A program made the translations under genes and the position numbers. The notes under the pieces are model-generated. The model saw only the letters and a list, made by a program, of their open reading frames with translations, was not told where the DNA came from and made no database searches. 27,791 bases of DNA from Planctomycetaceae bacterium (GTDB lineage: Bacteria > Planctomycetota > Planctomycetia > Planctomycetales > Planctomycetaceae). Below, one piece after another: positions 7,208 to 15,286 of the stretch. The DNA is taken from positions 1 to 27,791 of the forward strand of contig JACCRE010000081.1 of the NCBI GenBank assembly GCA_013813775.1, in the 5' to 3' direction. The stretch's first letter is position 1. Every line of letters begins with the position of its first letter.

Positions 7208-8411
7208 CTGCGTCTCCTTTTTCCAGCAAACGGTGAACAGGAACTCTGAGGGTTCGTACAACGCTCTCGCCGCCATCGGCGAGAAACTCCAACTCGATTT
7301 CCAAATCGCCGTCGAGCGCTGTCTCGCGACGCGGTGCGATGAACACCTTCAGCCGATGCTCTGACGCCGATTGCCGATCGTCACGTTCTGTCCGCACACC
7401 GTCGTCCGCCGCCGTGCTGCGGACATCGCGGATTCGCGCGGGGCGGCTCGTCGTGACTTTGATCTCCCTCGAAACTTCGCCGACTTCGTCGGAGCCGACG
7501 ACGATCATCGCCGGCCTGGCTTCCGCCGGGGCCTTATATTTCGCGAGCACGGGCACGCTGGACTTCGGGACCCGCTCGCTGTCGCTCGACAGGATGATCG
7601 AGCCGCTGAGCGACTTGCTTTGCGTGAACCGGGACAGGTCCAGGTCGACCTTGATTTCGACATCGGAATCGTTCGGCCGCTTCGGCAGAATTTCCGCGGT
7701 GAGAAAGCTGCTTGAAGAAGTGGCTTCAGAGATTTCCACATCGGTCGCCGCCTCCGGCACGACGCGAAAGGTGCGGCTCACGCGCTGCACCGCCAGACCG
7801 TCGATCACACCAAAATTCACCTCGCTCGGCGAGACCCGATAGTCGGGGATGATGTCCGCCCGCACGCCTAACGTGAGCGAACCCCGCTGACCTGGAGCGG
7901 CGGAGCCGTCGCGTGCTTCGTGGTAGCTGACGGTGACGCGACCCGAGGCCGTCACTTGCGCGGTTCCCGTCGTGAAACGGACCGGCAGCGGGAAGCGGGC
8001 ACCGGCTGCGATTGTCATCGGGCCCAACTCATCGTCGCCGGCGACGACACAATGGCAACTCGTCGTCAGCCCGTCGATTTTGACCGGCGCGTCTCCCTGG
8101 TTGACCAGGGAGAAGGTATGAGCGAGCTCTTCTCCCTGACGCTGCTCTCCGAAATCGTGCACGTTCGAGTCGACAACGGCCAATCCGAAATGTTTCGCTT
8201 CGTGACTCGCTTCACCGTCGGTGCAGCCCGCGAGAAGCCCAATCGATGCGACAAGAGCGGCCGGAATTATCGAAACGAGACCGATACGGCGAACAGTCAA
8301 TTCAGCATGGCATCTTGCATCCGAAAAAGTCACAAGAGATCGTCGCCGAGACCCGTCAACGAAGCCTTTTCGGCCCTCGCAACAACGGCCATCAAGGACG
8401 GCGGTTTTCAT
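7200..8411 (-). CDS. DUF1573-domain lipoprotein
   Basis: Has a lipobox-like LLAGC after a hydrophobic stretch. The sequence HDFGEQRQGEELAHTFSLVNQGDAPVKIDGLTTSCHCVVAG matches the DUF1573 pattern (hDFG..G......F...N.G..PL.I......C.C). Its stop overlaps the start of P1. The true start may be internal to the listed ORF. Confidence 0.55.
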   Translation of the reverse strand: MKTAVLDGRCCEGRKGFVDGSRRRSLVTFSDARCHAELTVRRIGLVSIIPAALVASIGLLAGCTDGEASHEAKHFGLAVVDSNVHDFGEQRQGEELAHTFSLVNQGDAPVKIDGLTTSCHCVVAGDDELGPMTIAAGARFPLPVRFTTGTAQVTASGRVTVSYHEARDGSAAPGQRGSLTLGVRADIIPDYRVSPSEVNFGVIDGLAVQRVSRTFRVVPEAATDVEISEATSSSSFLTAEILPKRPNDSDVEIKVDLDLSRFTQSKSLSGSIILSSDSERVPKSSVPVLAKYKAPAEARPAMIVVGSDEVGEVSREIKVTTSRPARIRDVRSTAADDGVRTERDDRQSASEHRLKVFIAPRRETALDGDLEIELEFLADGGESVVRTLRVPVHRLLEKGDADE

Positions 8412-8994
8412 CGTTCACCGCTCCATAAGACTCAGAGCGACCGACGGAGATGTAAGCAAGACGCGTGCATGCTGACCGACGGACATCGCGAAGTCAAGAA
8501 GGGTCTGGACAATCGGATATACGCCACTCCTGTTGAGGGGGCGTCGAGAGCCGCAAGGGGTGGTGGTATGCTTGGGGGGGAGTCAGGATTTCCAGAGGGA
8601 GCATGGTTGGGAGGTTAGGGCATGCAACGCGACCGCAAGATGGGAACGTCGGAGTTCTGGACCGGGGTGCTGAATCTGGGGCGGGTTCGTGGTCGTCGAT
8701 CAGCGGCATGATCCGCAGGCGAAGCTCTGGCGCTTAACCGTGGCCCCGAGTCATCTCGCCGGCGTCTGCCCCGACTGCGGCGGGATCTCCGCCGTACGGC
8801 ACCAGACGCCGGATCGGGAGCGGCTCCGTAGCTGGGCCGAAGGCCGCTGTCTGTCTGCGGATCGGCCCGGCGTCTATCGCCGGAACACGAGCAACGGCAG
8901 TGCTTCATCCGCTCGTCGCCGCGTCGGCCGCAGGCCCAGCGTCAACTGACCTCCATTTCGCTTTCACCATCTTCAATCACCTCAGGAGCACTCC

Positions 8995-9711
8995 ATGACC
9001 ATGACTCTTTCAGAGAGACCACGGCAACGCACGAGCCGTAGCGCAGTGCCAGACACGCCCGCCGATCGGCTGCGTCAAGAGACGGCGGCCGTACGGGTGA
9101 GCTTCACGTGGTTCGGCACACGCAAGGCCCTCACCGCCGGGCAGAAAGCCGAAGCTGCTGAGGCCTTTGGCGCGGAGGAAAAGTTCCTCTCGGCGGGAAA
9201 GAAGCTGCTCGACACGCGGCATCCGCACTTCAAAGCCGTCACCGGCATCAAGGGGCAGGCGACGGCCTACTGGCGATCCGTCAGTCTGTCATACCCCGAG
9301 CCGGGACTACGGCTGATTCGGCGGGACCAGATCGAAGACTTCTCCCGCACGATGGGCGAGTTCAAACGGGAGCTCGACCAAGCGGTGCGGGCTCTCGACC
9401 GGGAGCTGGAGTCGCTGAAGTCAGCGGCTCAGGCACGGCTGGGCCGCTTGTTCGATCCCACGGATTACCCGAGGTCGCTGGACGGGGAGTTCGACCTCAT
9501 CTGGGACTTCCCCAGCATCGAACCGCCGGATTACCTCAGGCGGCTGCATCCAGACCTGTACCGTGAAGAGTGCCGCCGGGCGCAGAGCCGGTTTGATGAG
9601 GCGGTGCGACTCGCGGAGACAGCTTTCACGGAAGAACTCTCGAAGCTCGTCGAGCATCTCCAGGAACGGCTAACCGGCAGCGGAACAGGAGCCGTTATAA
9701 TCTGCGGGTAG
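8995..9711 (+). CDS. Hypothetical protein, possibly DUF3150-like (mobile-element associated); 3' end may be truncated
   Basis: AGGAG lies 8 nt upstream of the ATG. There is no TM or signal peptide. The family assignment is from memory only (RVSFTWFGTRKAL...FDPTDYP). The ORF ends abruptly in GSGTGAVIICG* and overlaps the convergent gene by about 40 bp. Confidence 0.4.
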   Translation: MTMTLSERPRQRTSRSAVPDTPADRLRQETAAVRVSFTWFGTRKALTAGQKAEAAEAFGAEEKFLSAGKKLLDTRHPHFKAVTGIKGQATAYWRSVSLSYPEPGLRLIRRDQIEDFSRTMGEFKRELDQAVRALDRELESLKSAAQARLGRLFDPTDYPRSLDGEFDLIWDFPSIEPPDYLRRLHPDLYREECRRAQSRFDEAVRLAETAFTEELSKLVEHLQERLTGSGTGAVIICG

Positions 9712-10182
9712 ATCGGGACGCAGCCGCCGGTCCACCAGACCATAGATGAGCAGTGCCAGGGCCCCCAAAATCGAGAGCAGTGAAACGAGGCTCGTGAGGC
9801 CCGCAAGATTCCAGCCTGTGAGCAGGAAGACGACCTCTCGGATCGCAGCGGCCGTGGGTGCGAGCAGTATTGCCAGGATCGCCAACAGGAACGCAGGAAA
9901 CCGCCTCGGTCCGCTCGTCGACGGAACAGACACGGCTTTTGCGGCCCGGGCCACGCTGGAGCGGTTGCCCGCGTCACCTCCCGTGAACGCTCGCCACTCG
10001 CGGAGCGGTCGTTGGATCGTGCCCCCCTCCGGCCATGCCAGCGTCTCCGGGGAAAGCGTCCCCGTCTTGAGCCCAGCGAGAATGAATGCCTTGCCATAAG
10101 GCCCCCGCTCTTGCCCCTGCTCCGACAGCCACCAATGGCTCGCCGGTGTCGTGGCTGGCGAAGGCGAAGGAGGATTTGTCAT
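9670..10182 (-). CDS. DUF4339 (GYF-like) domain membrane protein
   Basis: The N-terminal WWLSEQGQERGPYGKAFILAGLKTGTLSPETLAWPEGGTIQRPL matches the DUF4339 pattern (W...G...GP........G.....TLVW..G...W.P). Two or three C-terminal TM helices follow. A GGTGA SD-like sequence lies upstream. Confidence 0.45.
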   Translation of the reverse strand: MTNPPSPSPATTPASHWWLSEQGQERGPYGKAFILAGLKTGTLSPETLAWPEGGTIQRPLREWRAFTGGDAGNRSSVARAAKAVSVPSTSGPRRFPAFLLAILAILLAPTAAAIREVVFLLTGWNLAGLTSLVSLLSILGALALLIYGLVDRRLRPDLPADYNGSCSAAG

Positions 10183-10233
10183 CTCAGATCACCTTTCGAA
10201 CGCGATCGCATGCCACCCGACGAATTGGCAGGA

Positions 10234-10917
10234 CTACAGCGGGGGGAACTCAATGCCGTGGCGGATGCTCAAACGAGCGCGTGCCGCGGCAATCTCTCGT
10301 CCGGTCTCGTCAGCACGACGTCTGAGCTTCGCCTCGTCGGCGACGAAATCTGCCGACGCTCCCCAGGGATCACCGTTCCCCGTCCGCACGAGCGCCTCCA
10401 TGAACAGCTGCCCGCCGGTCACGCGCTTCTTGAGGGCCGCAGCTTCGTCCAGGACGTCAGCGAGTGCCAGAGCACATTCGACGGCCTCGGGATCGACGCC
10501 CACGACGGCTAAGCGGCGCAGTCGGCCGGCAATCCGGGCGGCGGATTCAGGCGTGAGACTCCGTTCCGAACGCATCGTCGTCTGCATCGATTTCCAGTAG
10601 GCGAGTGTCCGCGCCGCAAGGAGTTGCTCAGGCGTCGGACCGCGCGGCACGACGGGAGTTGGTGCGAAGGTGCTCATGACTGGAGTGGCTTCTGTCCCAC
10701 TGCCCGAAGTCAGGACCAAGAGGCCGAGCAGACCGCAACCGAAAATCGTGATTGCGCCTGTCCCGAGGACTGTGGCGACGACCAGCATGTTGCCAGGGCT
10801 CGGTTCCGCAGGGAGTGGCGGAGGCGTTCCAGGTCCTGCCGAACCGTCGATTTCCTGCGGTGCAATGCGAAGCGACCTTTGAGCAGCGTTGCCAGCTCGG
10901 GTTGCCGCAGGAGCCAC
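10234..10917 (-). CDS. Hypothetical membrane protein
   Basis: There is one TM helix (MLVVATVLGTGAITIFGCGLLGLLVL) after a Pro-rich N-terminal extension, so the true start may be the internal Met near 10788. No recognisable motifs. Confidence 0.35.
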   Translation of the reverse strand: MAPAATRAGNAAQRSLRIAPQEIDGSAGPGTPPPLPAEPSPGNMLVVATVLGTGAITIFGCGLLGLLVLTSGSGTEATPVMSTFAPTPVVPRGPTPEQLLAARTLAYWKSMQTTMRSERSLTPESAARIAGRLRRLAVVGVDPEAVECALALADVLDEAAALKKRVTGGQLFMEALVRTGNGDPWGASADFVADEAKLRRRADETGREIAAARARLSIRHGIEFPPL

Positions 10918-11152
10918 GTCACGCAGCCTCAGTCCCCGAATCTGGCTCGCCCGGACCCAGCGCGCGCCATCGACAGAAACGGGGGTGGCCGAAGTGACTG
11001 CCCCGCGACGGGCGAGGTCTTTGAGTTCCGCTGCCGTCAGCGGCCCTACAGTCGCCCCGTCGAGCCGAATCGCATAGGTCCTCGTTGCTCACCACTGGCC
11101 CCCAACTGGTGATTCAGTCCCCGTCACGCCCGCACTCGCGGAACCTGAAACA

Positions 11153-11175
11153 GGATAACCCAAATCGGGTTATCC
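11153..11175. promoter_or_regulatory. Perfect palindromic operator candidate GGATAACCC-AAATC-GGGTTATCC
   Basis: It has 9-bp perfect inverted-repeat arms with a 5-bp spacer and lies 43 bp upstream of the XRE regulator ATG. This is the classic dimeric HTH-repressor site geometry. Confidence 0.6.
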
Positions 11176-11217
11176 GCAACCGGGTTCTAAGCTCGCCCTT
11201 TCCCCCGGGCGGGCGAC

Positions 11218-11517
11218 ATGGAGAAACAGACTCACGATCCGAAGCGGCGCGTACTGCGAGAGCTGCTTCGTGATCTTCGCCGGGAGCAGGGCCTGCGGCA
11301 GGCCGATGTCGCCGCACGGGTCGGAGAGCCGCAGTCCTTCGTCAGCAAGTACGAGACCGGCGAGCGGCGACTGGACGTCATCGCGCTTCGCGAAGTCTGT
11401 CACGTACTGGGAGTCAGTTTGGCCGAGTTCGCCGAGCGGCTCGAAGCGCGACTTGCCGCCAGCGGGGGTCGAGGAGGAAGTCGACGCCGGCGGGGGGCGC
11501 CTTCTGACCGGTCGTGA
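11218..11517 (+). CDS. XRE-family (Cro/CI-type) helix-turn-helix transcriptional regulator
   Basis: LRELLRDLRREQGLRQADVAARVGEPQSFVSKYETGERRLDVIALREVCHVLGVSLAEF is a canonical HTH_3/XRE motif (Q-S-x-hS-x-hE-x-G). It is followed by a Gly/Arg-rich tail. Confidence 0.8.
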   Translation: MEKQTHDPKRRVLRELLRDLRREQGLRQADVAARVGEPQSFVSKYETGERRLDVIALREVCHVLGVSLAEFAERLEARLAASGGRGGSRRRRGAPSDRS

Positions 11518-11540
11518 GCTGTCGCAGGACCTCTCATCTG

Positions 11541-11596
11541 CGAGAACTGGACTTGCGTGTTCGACCTCTGTCGATCTGCGGCGGCAAGTCCAGTTA
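11541..11596 (+). terminator. Hairpin with 12-bp perfect arms (AACTGGACTTGC / GCAAGTCCAGTT) downstream of XRE gene
   Basis: Inverted repeat read directly, with a ~27-nt loop. There is no U-tract, so it may be a factor-dependent terminator or a regulatory RNA structure. Confidence 0.3.
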
Positions 11597-12130
11597 CGAA
11601 GCATTCGAAGTCGGCTCTAGGCATGACTGCGAAGCCAACTCAGAGAGAATTCGCTTTAGGAGGGTCGGAACTCTTCTGCCAGCAGCCGCCCCCGTCGTCC
11701 GAGCGACGCTGACTCCAGCTTTGCAGACGTCGAAGTCGCTGCAACTTGCGCGGGCTGAGACTCTCCTGAGCGCGGAGTTGTGAGCGTGTGGCAGAGTGGG
11801 CGAAGCGGTCCTCGCCGCCCCACCGTGTCCTACTGACAATCGTCTATTGAGAGCAGGCCGCTGTTGAGGAACTGCTCATTCGCGGAAAGCGAAGTGGCGG
11901 ATGCAGGAAAGGCCGGCCAATCTCAGGGTGCCGCCGGTGAATCAGCTTGGCAAAGTTCAGGCTCCCCTAAACAACAAAGAAAACACTGTCATGTAGCCAA
12001 CTGTAGTTAATCCCACAAAACAATCGTTGATTCCGCTGAATTCGATGCCTTTGATCCGTCGCGGCAACACCGCGAATTGCCAGGGAATAGAACCTAAAAC
12101 GCGATTTTCTCGTTGCTGGCAGCTCACGCG

Positions 12131-12238
12131 GTCATCCATATCGTCGGTCAGGATCAGGAGCACGTTCGGCCGGTCAGCGCACACTTGCGAGACGAACGGG
12201 ATCAACAGAAGGAGCATCGCCAGCGATGGGCGGAGCAT
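12131..12238 (-). pseudogene. 5' remnant of a sulfatase gene (signal peptide + RPNVLLILTDDMD)
   Basis: MLRPSLAMLLLLIPFVSQVCADRPNVLLILTDDMDD matches the N-terminus of formylglycine-dependent sulfatases (signal peptide, then RPN[IV]hhIhsDD). Similarity stops after about 36 codons, and an AT-rich patch (about 11940-12110) follows. Confidence 0.5.
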
Positions 12239-12523
12239 CGAACGTTCTCCACAGGAAAAGTCACGCCATTGCCAAATCCAGAACGTGTCAGCCTGCCACA
12301 GCCGTGGGAAGAAATCGACTGCAACTGCCCCCGCGGCTCGTTAGACTCGTTGGAATCGGCCCGGCCGTTGCCATCGAAACGGGCGGAAGCACCTGCGGAT
12401 TCGCTCAGGATTTCCAGCCGGCGTGTGATCCGTGCCCGGCCGGCGTGCGTTCTCGAAGTGTCGCCGCGAAACGTGTCGCACAGTACAGCGTGTCGCCGGT
12501 CGGCGACACCGACGGAACATCCC

Positions 12524-13177
12524 ATGTCGGAAATCATCGACCTCCTCTTCGCGATCCCGACGCTGCCGGGAACGATCCTGCTTGGCGTGTGCCTTGTGTA
12601 CTGGCTCCTGCTCATTGCGGGAGCGGTGAGTCTCGACCTGCTGCATATCGATCTCGACCTCGACACCGACGTCAATCCCGACGCCGCCGGCACCAGTTGG
12701 GGCATGACGGCCTTCAAGTTTCTGAATATCAACGACGTTCCCCTCATGATCTGGCTCTCGATCTTCGCCGCGGCGTACGTCGCGATCGCCGGGGCCGCCG
12801 TGAGCATCCGGCCTGTCGGAGACGACCTCGGCGCCATCGCCGCCGCGATCGCTTGTTCCAGTGCGCTGGCCCTGATTGCGACGAAGCTTCTCACGCAGCC
12901 GTTGCGAGGCAAGTTCGAGGTCGTCGAACCGAACGTCGCCGAGACGCTCGTCGGCCGGACGTGCGTGATTACGACCGTTGAAGTCTCCGAACGATTCGGT
13001 CAGGCCAGCGTCGAGTCGGAAGGCGCTCCACTGTTGCTCAACGTGCGAGCGCCTGCTGAAACGCTTTCGAAGCATGATGTCGCGGTGATCACCGGTTTCG
13101 ACCGCGACCGCAACGTCTTCTTTGTGGAACCCGTCGCCGCCGTCCCCTCCGAACCGCCTACGCGGGAAGCCGTCTAA
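12524..13177 (+). CDS. NfeD/YqiJ-like inner-membrane protein (flotillin partner) with C-terminal OB-fold
   Basis: The start is taken at MSEIIDLLFAIPTLPGTILLGVCLVYWLLLIAGA (the listed ORF has an unsupported 137-codon GC-rich leader). There are four or five TM helices, then NfeD-like beta/OB C-terminus GRTCVITTVEV...VAVITGFDRDRNVFFVEP. Its stop overlaps the flotillin ATG (TAATG). Confidence 0.65.
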   Translation: MSEIIDLLFAIPTLPGTILLGVCLVYWLLLIAGAVSLDLLHIDLDLDTDVNPDAAGTSWGMTAFKFLNINDVPLMIWLSIFAAAYVAIAGAAVSIRPVGDDLGAIAAAIACSSALALIATKLLTQPLRGKFEVVEPNVAETLVGRTCVITTVEVSERFGQASVESEGAPLLLNVRAPAETLSKHDVAVITGFDRDRNVFFVEPVAAVPSEPPTREAV

Positions 13178-15210
13178 TGTCGCTAACCTTGATTCCTGCC
13201 GCCACTTTGGAAGTCGTCGGCCTGGCCGTCGCCGCGGTCGTGGCCGCACTGTTCGTGCTGATCGCGGTCGGCTCGCTCTTTTCGAAGTTCTACCGCAAGG
13301 TCGGACCGGAAGAGGCGATCGTCATCAGCGGCAAGGGCGGCTTGCGAGCCGCGTCCGGCGAAGGCACCTGGGTCATCCCCGTGCTGCATCGCGCGGAGCA
13401 CATGGACCTGTCGGTCAAGCGAATCGAGATTCATCGCAAGGGCGAAAGCGGCCTGATCTGCAAAGACAACATTCGGGCCGACATCGAAGTCGCGTTCTTC
13501 GTGCGGGTCAATAACTCGAAGGAAGCGATCCTGCAGGTCGCCCAGAGCCTCGGCTGCAAACGCGCGAGCGATCGACTGGCCTTGATCGAGCTGTTCGACG
13601 CCAAATTTTCGGAGGCGCTCAAGACCGTCGGCAAGCACTTCGAGTTCGTCGAGTTGTTCGTCGAACGCGACAAGTTCAAGGAGCAAATTCTCAAGGTCAT
13701 CGGCACTGACCTGAACGGATACGTGCTCGATGACTGCGCGATCGATATTCTCGAACAAACGCCGGTCGAGAAGCTCAATCTCAATAACATTCTCGACGCC
13801 GAGGGCATCAAGAAAATCACCGAGCTGACGGCCCGCGAGCATATGCGGTCGAACGAGATCGCCCGCGAAAAAGAGAAGGTCATCAAGAAGCAGGACGTCG
13901 AAGCCGCTGAGGCGATCTATCAGCTCGAAAAGCAGCGGGTCGAGGCCCAGGAGAAGCAGAAACGGGAGATCGCCGCCATCACCTCTCGCGAAGAGGCCGA
14001 GGCCGCCAAAATTCGCGAAGAAGAGCGCCTGCGCGCCGAGTCGGCCCGCATCCGCACCGAAGAAGAGCTGCAAGTCGCCGAGCAGAACAAGGACCGCCAG
14101 ATCGTCGTCGCTCGCAAGAGCAAGGAACGCACCGAAGCGGTCGAGACCGAACGCGTCGAGAAAGATCGCTTGCTCGAAGTCACCGAACGCGAACGAGTCG
14201 TCGGACTCGCCTCGATCGCCAAAGAAAAAGAGATCGAAGCCGAGAAGCGCGACATCCAGGAGGTCATCCGCGAGCGGGTCACCGTCGAGCGCACGGTCGT
14301 CGAAGAACAGCAACGCATCAAAGACACCGAAGAGTTCGCGACGGCCGATCGTGTCAAGCGCGTGGCCGTGACGAAGGCCGAACAAGAGGCCGAACAACAG
14401 CTCGTGATGAAGGTCAAGGAGGCCGAAGCCTCGAAGCGAGCCGCGGAGCTTCACTCCGACCAGATCGTGATCGAGGCCGAGGCTCAGAAGAAGAGCGCCG
14501 AGCGCGAAATGGCGGCCACGAAGATGCACGCCGAAGGTAAGCAGGCCCAGCATGCCGCCGAAGGGCTCGCGGAAGCTCAGGTCATCTCCGCCAAGGCCGA
14601 CGCCCTCGAAAAACAAGGCACGGCTGAGGCTGAAGTGCTCAAGCTCAAGTTCGTCTCCGAGGCCGAAGGCATTCGCGAGAAGGCCGAGGCGATGAAGCTC
14701 TTCGACGGCGTCGGCAAAGAGCACGAAGAGTTCAAGCTGCGGCTCAATAAGGACAAAGACATCGAGATCGCCGCGATCGACGCCCAGCGCCAGATCGCCG
14801 ATGCCCAGAGCCGCATCGTCGGCGAGGCGCTCAAGAGCGCGAAGATCGACATCGTGGGCGGCGAAACCACCTTCTTCGACAAGATCGTCGACTCGATCAC
14901 CAGCGGCAAGCGCATCGACCGCATGGTCGAAGGCAGCCGCACGCTCACCGACGTCAAAGACACGTTTTTCAACGGCGACGGCGAGCATTTCCAGACGCAA
15001 CTCCGCCAGTTCGTCGGACGCTTCAACATGAGCTTCGACGACATCAAGGATCTGTCGGTCGCGGCGCTCGTGGGTCGAATGATTTCGATGGCCGACGACG
15101 ACAGCGAGCGGGGCCAACTCAAGCGGCTGCTCAACGCCGTCCGCGGCAGCGGGTCGGCCGATAAACGAGTGTCTTCGCTGGGACTCAATCGCGAGCCGGC
15201 GAAGAACTGA
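13177..15210 (+). CDS. Flotillin-family SPFH/band-7 protein (FloT/YqiK-like) with long EA-rich coiled coil
   Basis: Has an N-terminal TM anchor, then the SPFH core (EEAIVISGKGG...VIPVLHRAEHMDLSVKRIEIHRKGESGLICKDNIRADIEVAFFVRVN), then about 300 aa of Glu/Ala/Lys/Arg-rich heptad repeats typical of flotillins. The NfeD partner lies immediately upstream with 1-nt overlap. Confidence 0.85.
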   Translation: MSLTLIPAATLEVVGLAVAAVVAALFVLIAVGSLFSKFYRKVGPEEAIVISGKGGLRAASGEGTWVIPVLHRAEHMDLSVKRIEIHRKGESGLICKDNIRADIEVAFFVRVNNSKEAILQVAQSLGCKRASDRLALIELFDAKFSEALKTVGKHFEFVELFVERDKFKEQILKVIGTDLNGYVLDDCAIDILEQTPVEKLNLNNILDAEGIKKITELTAREHMRSNEIAREKEKVIKKQDVEAAEAIYQLEKQRVEAQEKQKREIAAITSREEAEAAKIREEERLRAESARIRTEEELQVAEQNKDRQIVVARKSKERTEAVETERVEKDRLLEVTERERVVGLASIAKEKEIEAEKRDIQEVIRERVTVERTVVEEQQRIKDTEEFATADRVKRVAVTKAEQEAEQQLVMKVKEAEASKRAAELHSDQIVIEAEAQKKSAEREMAATKMHAEGKQAQHAAEGLAEAQVISAKADALEKQGTAEAEVLKLKFVSEAEGIREKAEAMKLFDGVGKEHEEFKLRLNKDKDIEIAAIDAQRQIADAQSRIVGEALKSAKIDIVGGETTFFDKIVDSITSGKRIDRMVEGSRTLTDVKDTFFNGDGEHFQTQLRQFVGRFNMSFDDIKDLSVAALVGRMISMADDDSERGQLKRLLNAVRGSGSADKRVSSLGLNREPAKN

Positions 15211-15234
15211 GCCGCTGTATCAGAACTGCCGAGT

Positions 15235-15276
15235 TTAGCCGCGACCGAAGGAAGCGCTTCGTTCGGTCGCGGCTAA
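15235..15276 (+). terminator. Strong hairpin (15-bp perfect stem TTAGCCGCGACCGAA / TTCGGTCGCGGCTAA, 12-nt palindromic loop) between flotillin and giant ATPase gene
   Basis: Read directly. It lies 25 nt after the flotillin stop and 10 nt before the giant ORF start, and is followed by cctcttgtgtt (weakly U-rich). Could be a partial terminator/attenuator or an RNase processing site setting the stoichiometry of flotillin versus the giant protein. Confidence 0.5.
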
Positions 15277-15286
15277 GCGTCCTCTT

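Noticed and set aside
8412-8994. 580-bp spacer with 10-bp inverted repeat GCCGGCGTCTG...CAGACGCCGG and small ORFs (8494..8709, 8615..8908, 8689..8949)
   Set aside because: The ORFs are short, overlapping and compositionally biased. The inverted repeat has a 36-nt loop and no adjacent gene context that supports a function. It is probably just a divergent promoter region.
10624-11112. 162-aa plus-strand ORF between the hypothetical membrane protein and the XRE gene
   Set aside because: It overlaps the minus-strand gene 10234..10917 and has Arg/Cys/Pro-rich low-complexity translation with no start context. The region is better explained as the divergent promoter region for the XRE gene.
12113-12523. 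N-terminal 137-codon extension of the NfeD-like ORF (and overlapping ORFs 12027..12344, 12226..12981, 12202..12912)
   Set aside because: The extension is Arg/His-rich with no membrane or other features. NfeD homologues start with the TM segment (MSEIIDLLF... at 12524). The overlapping ORFs are alternative-frame artefacts.
13183-15117. 644-aa minus-strand ORF inside the flotillin gene
   Set aside because: It is a mirror image of the EA/KR-rich coiled-coil repeats (low-complexity L/D/G/F-rich translation). Flotillin on the plus strand has unambiguous SPFH homology.
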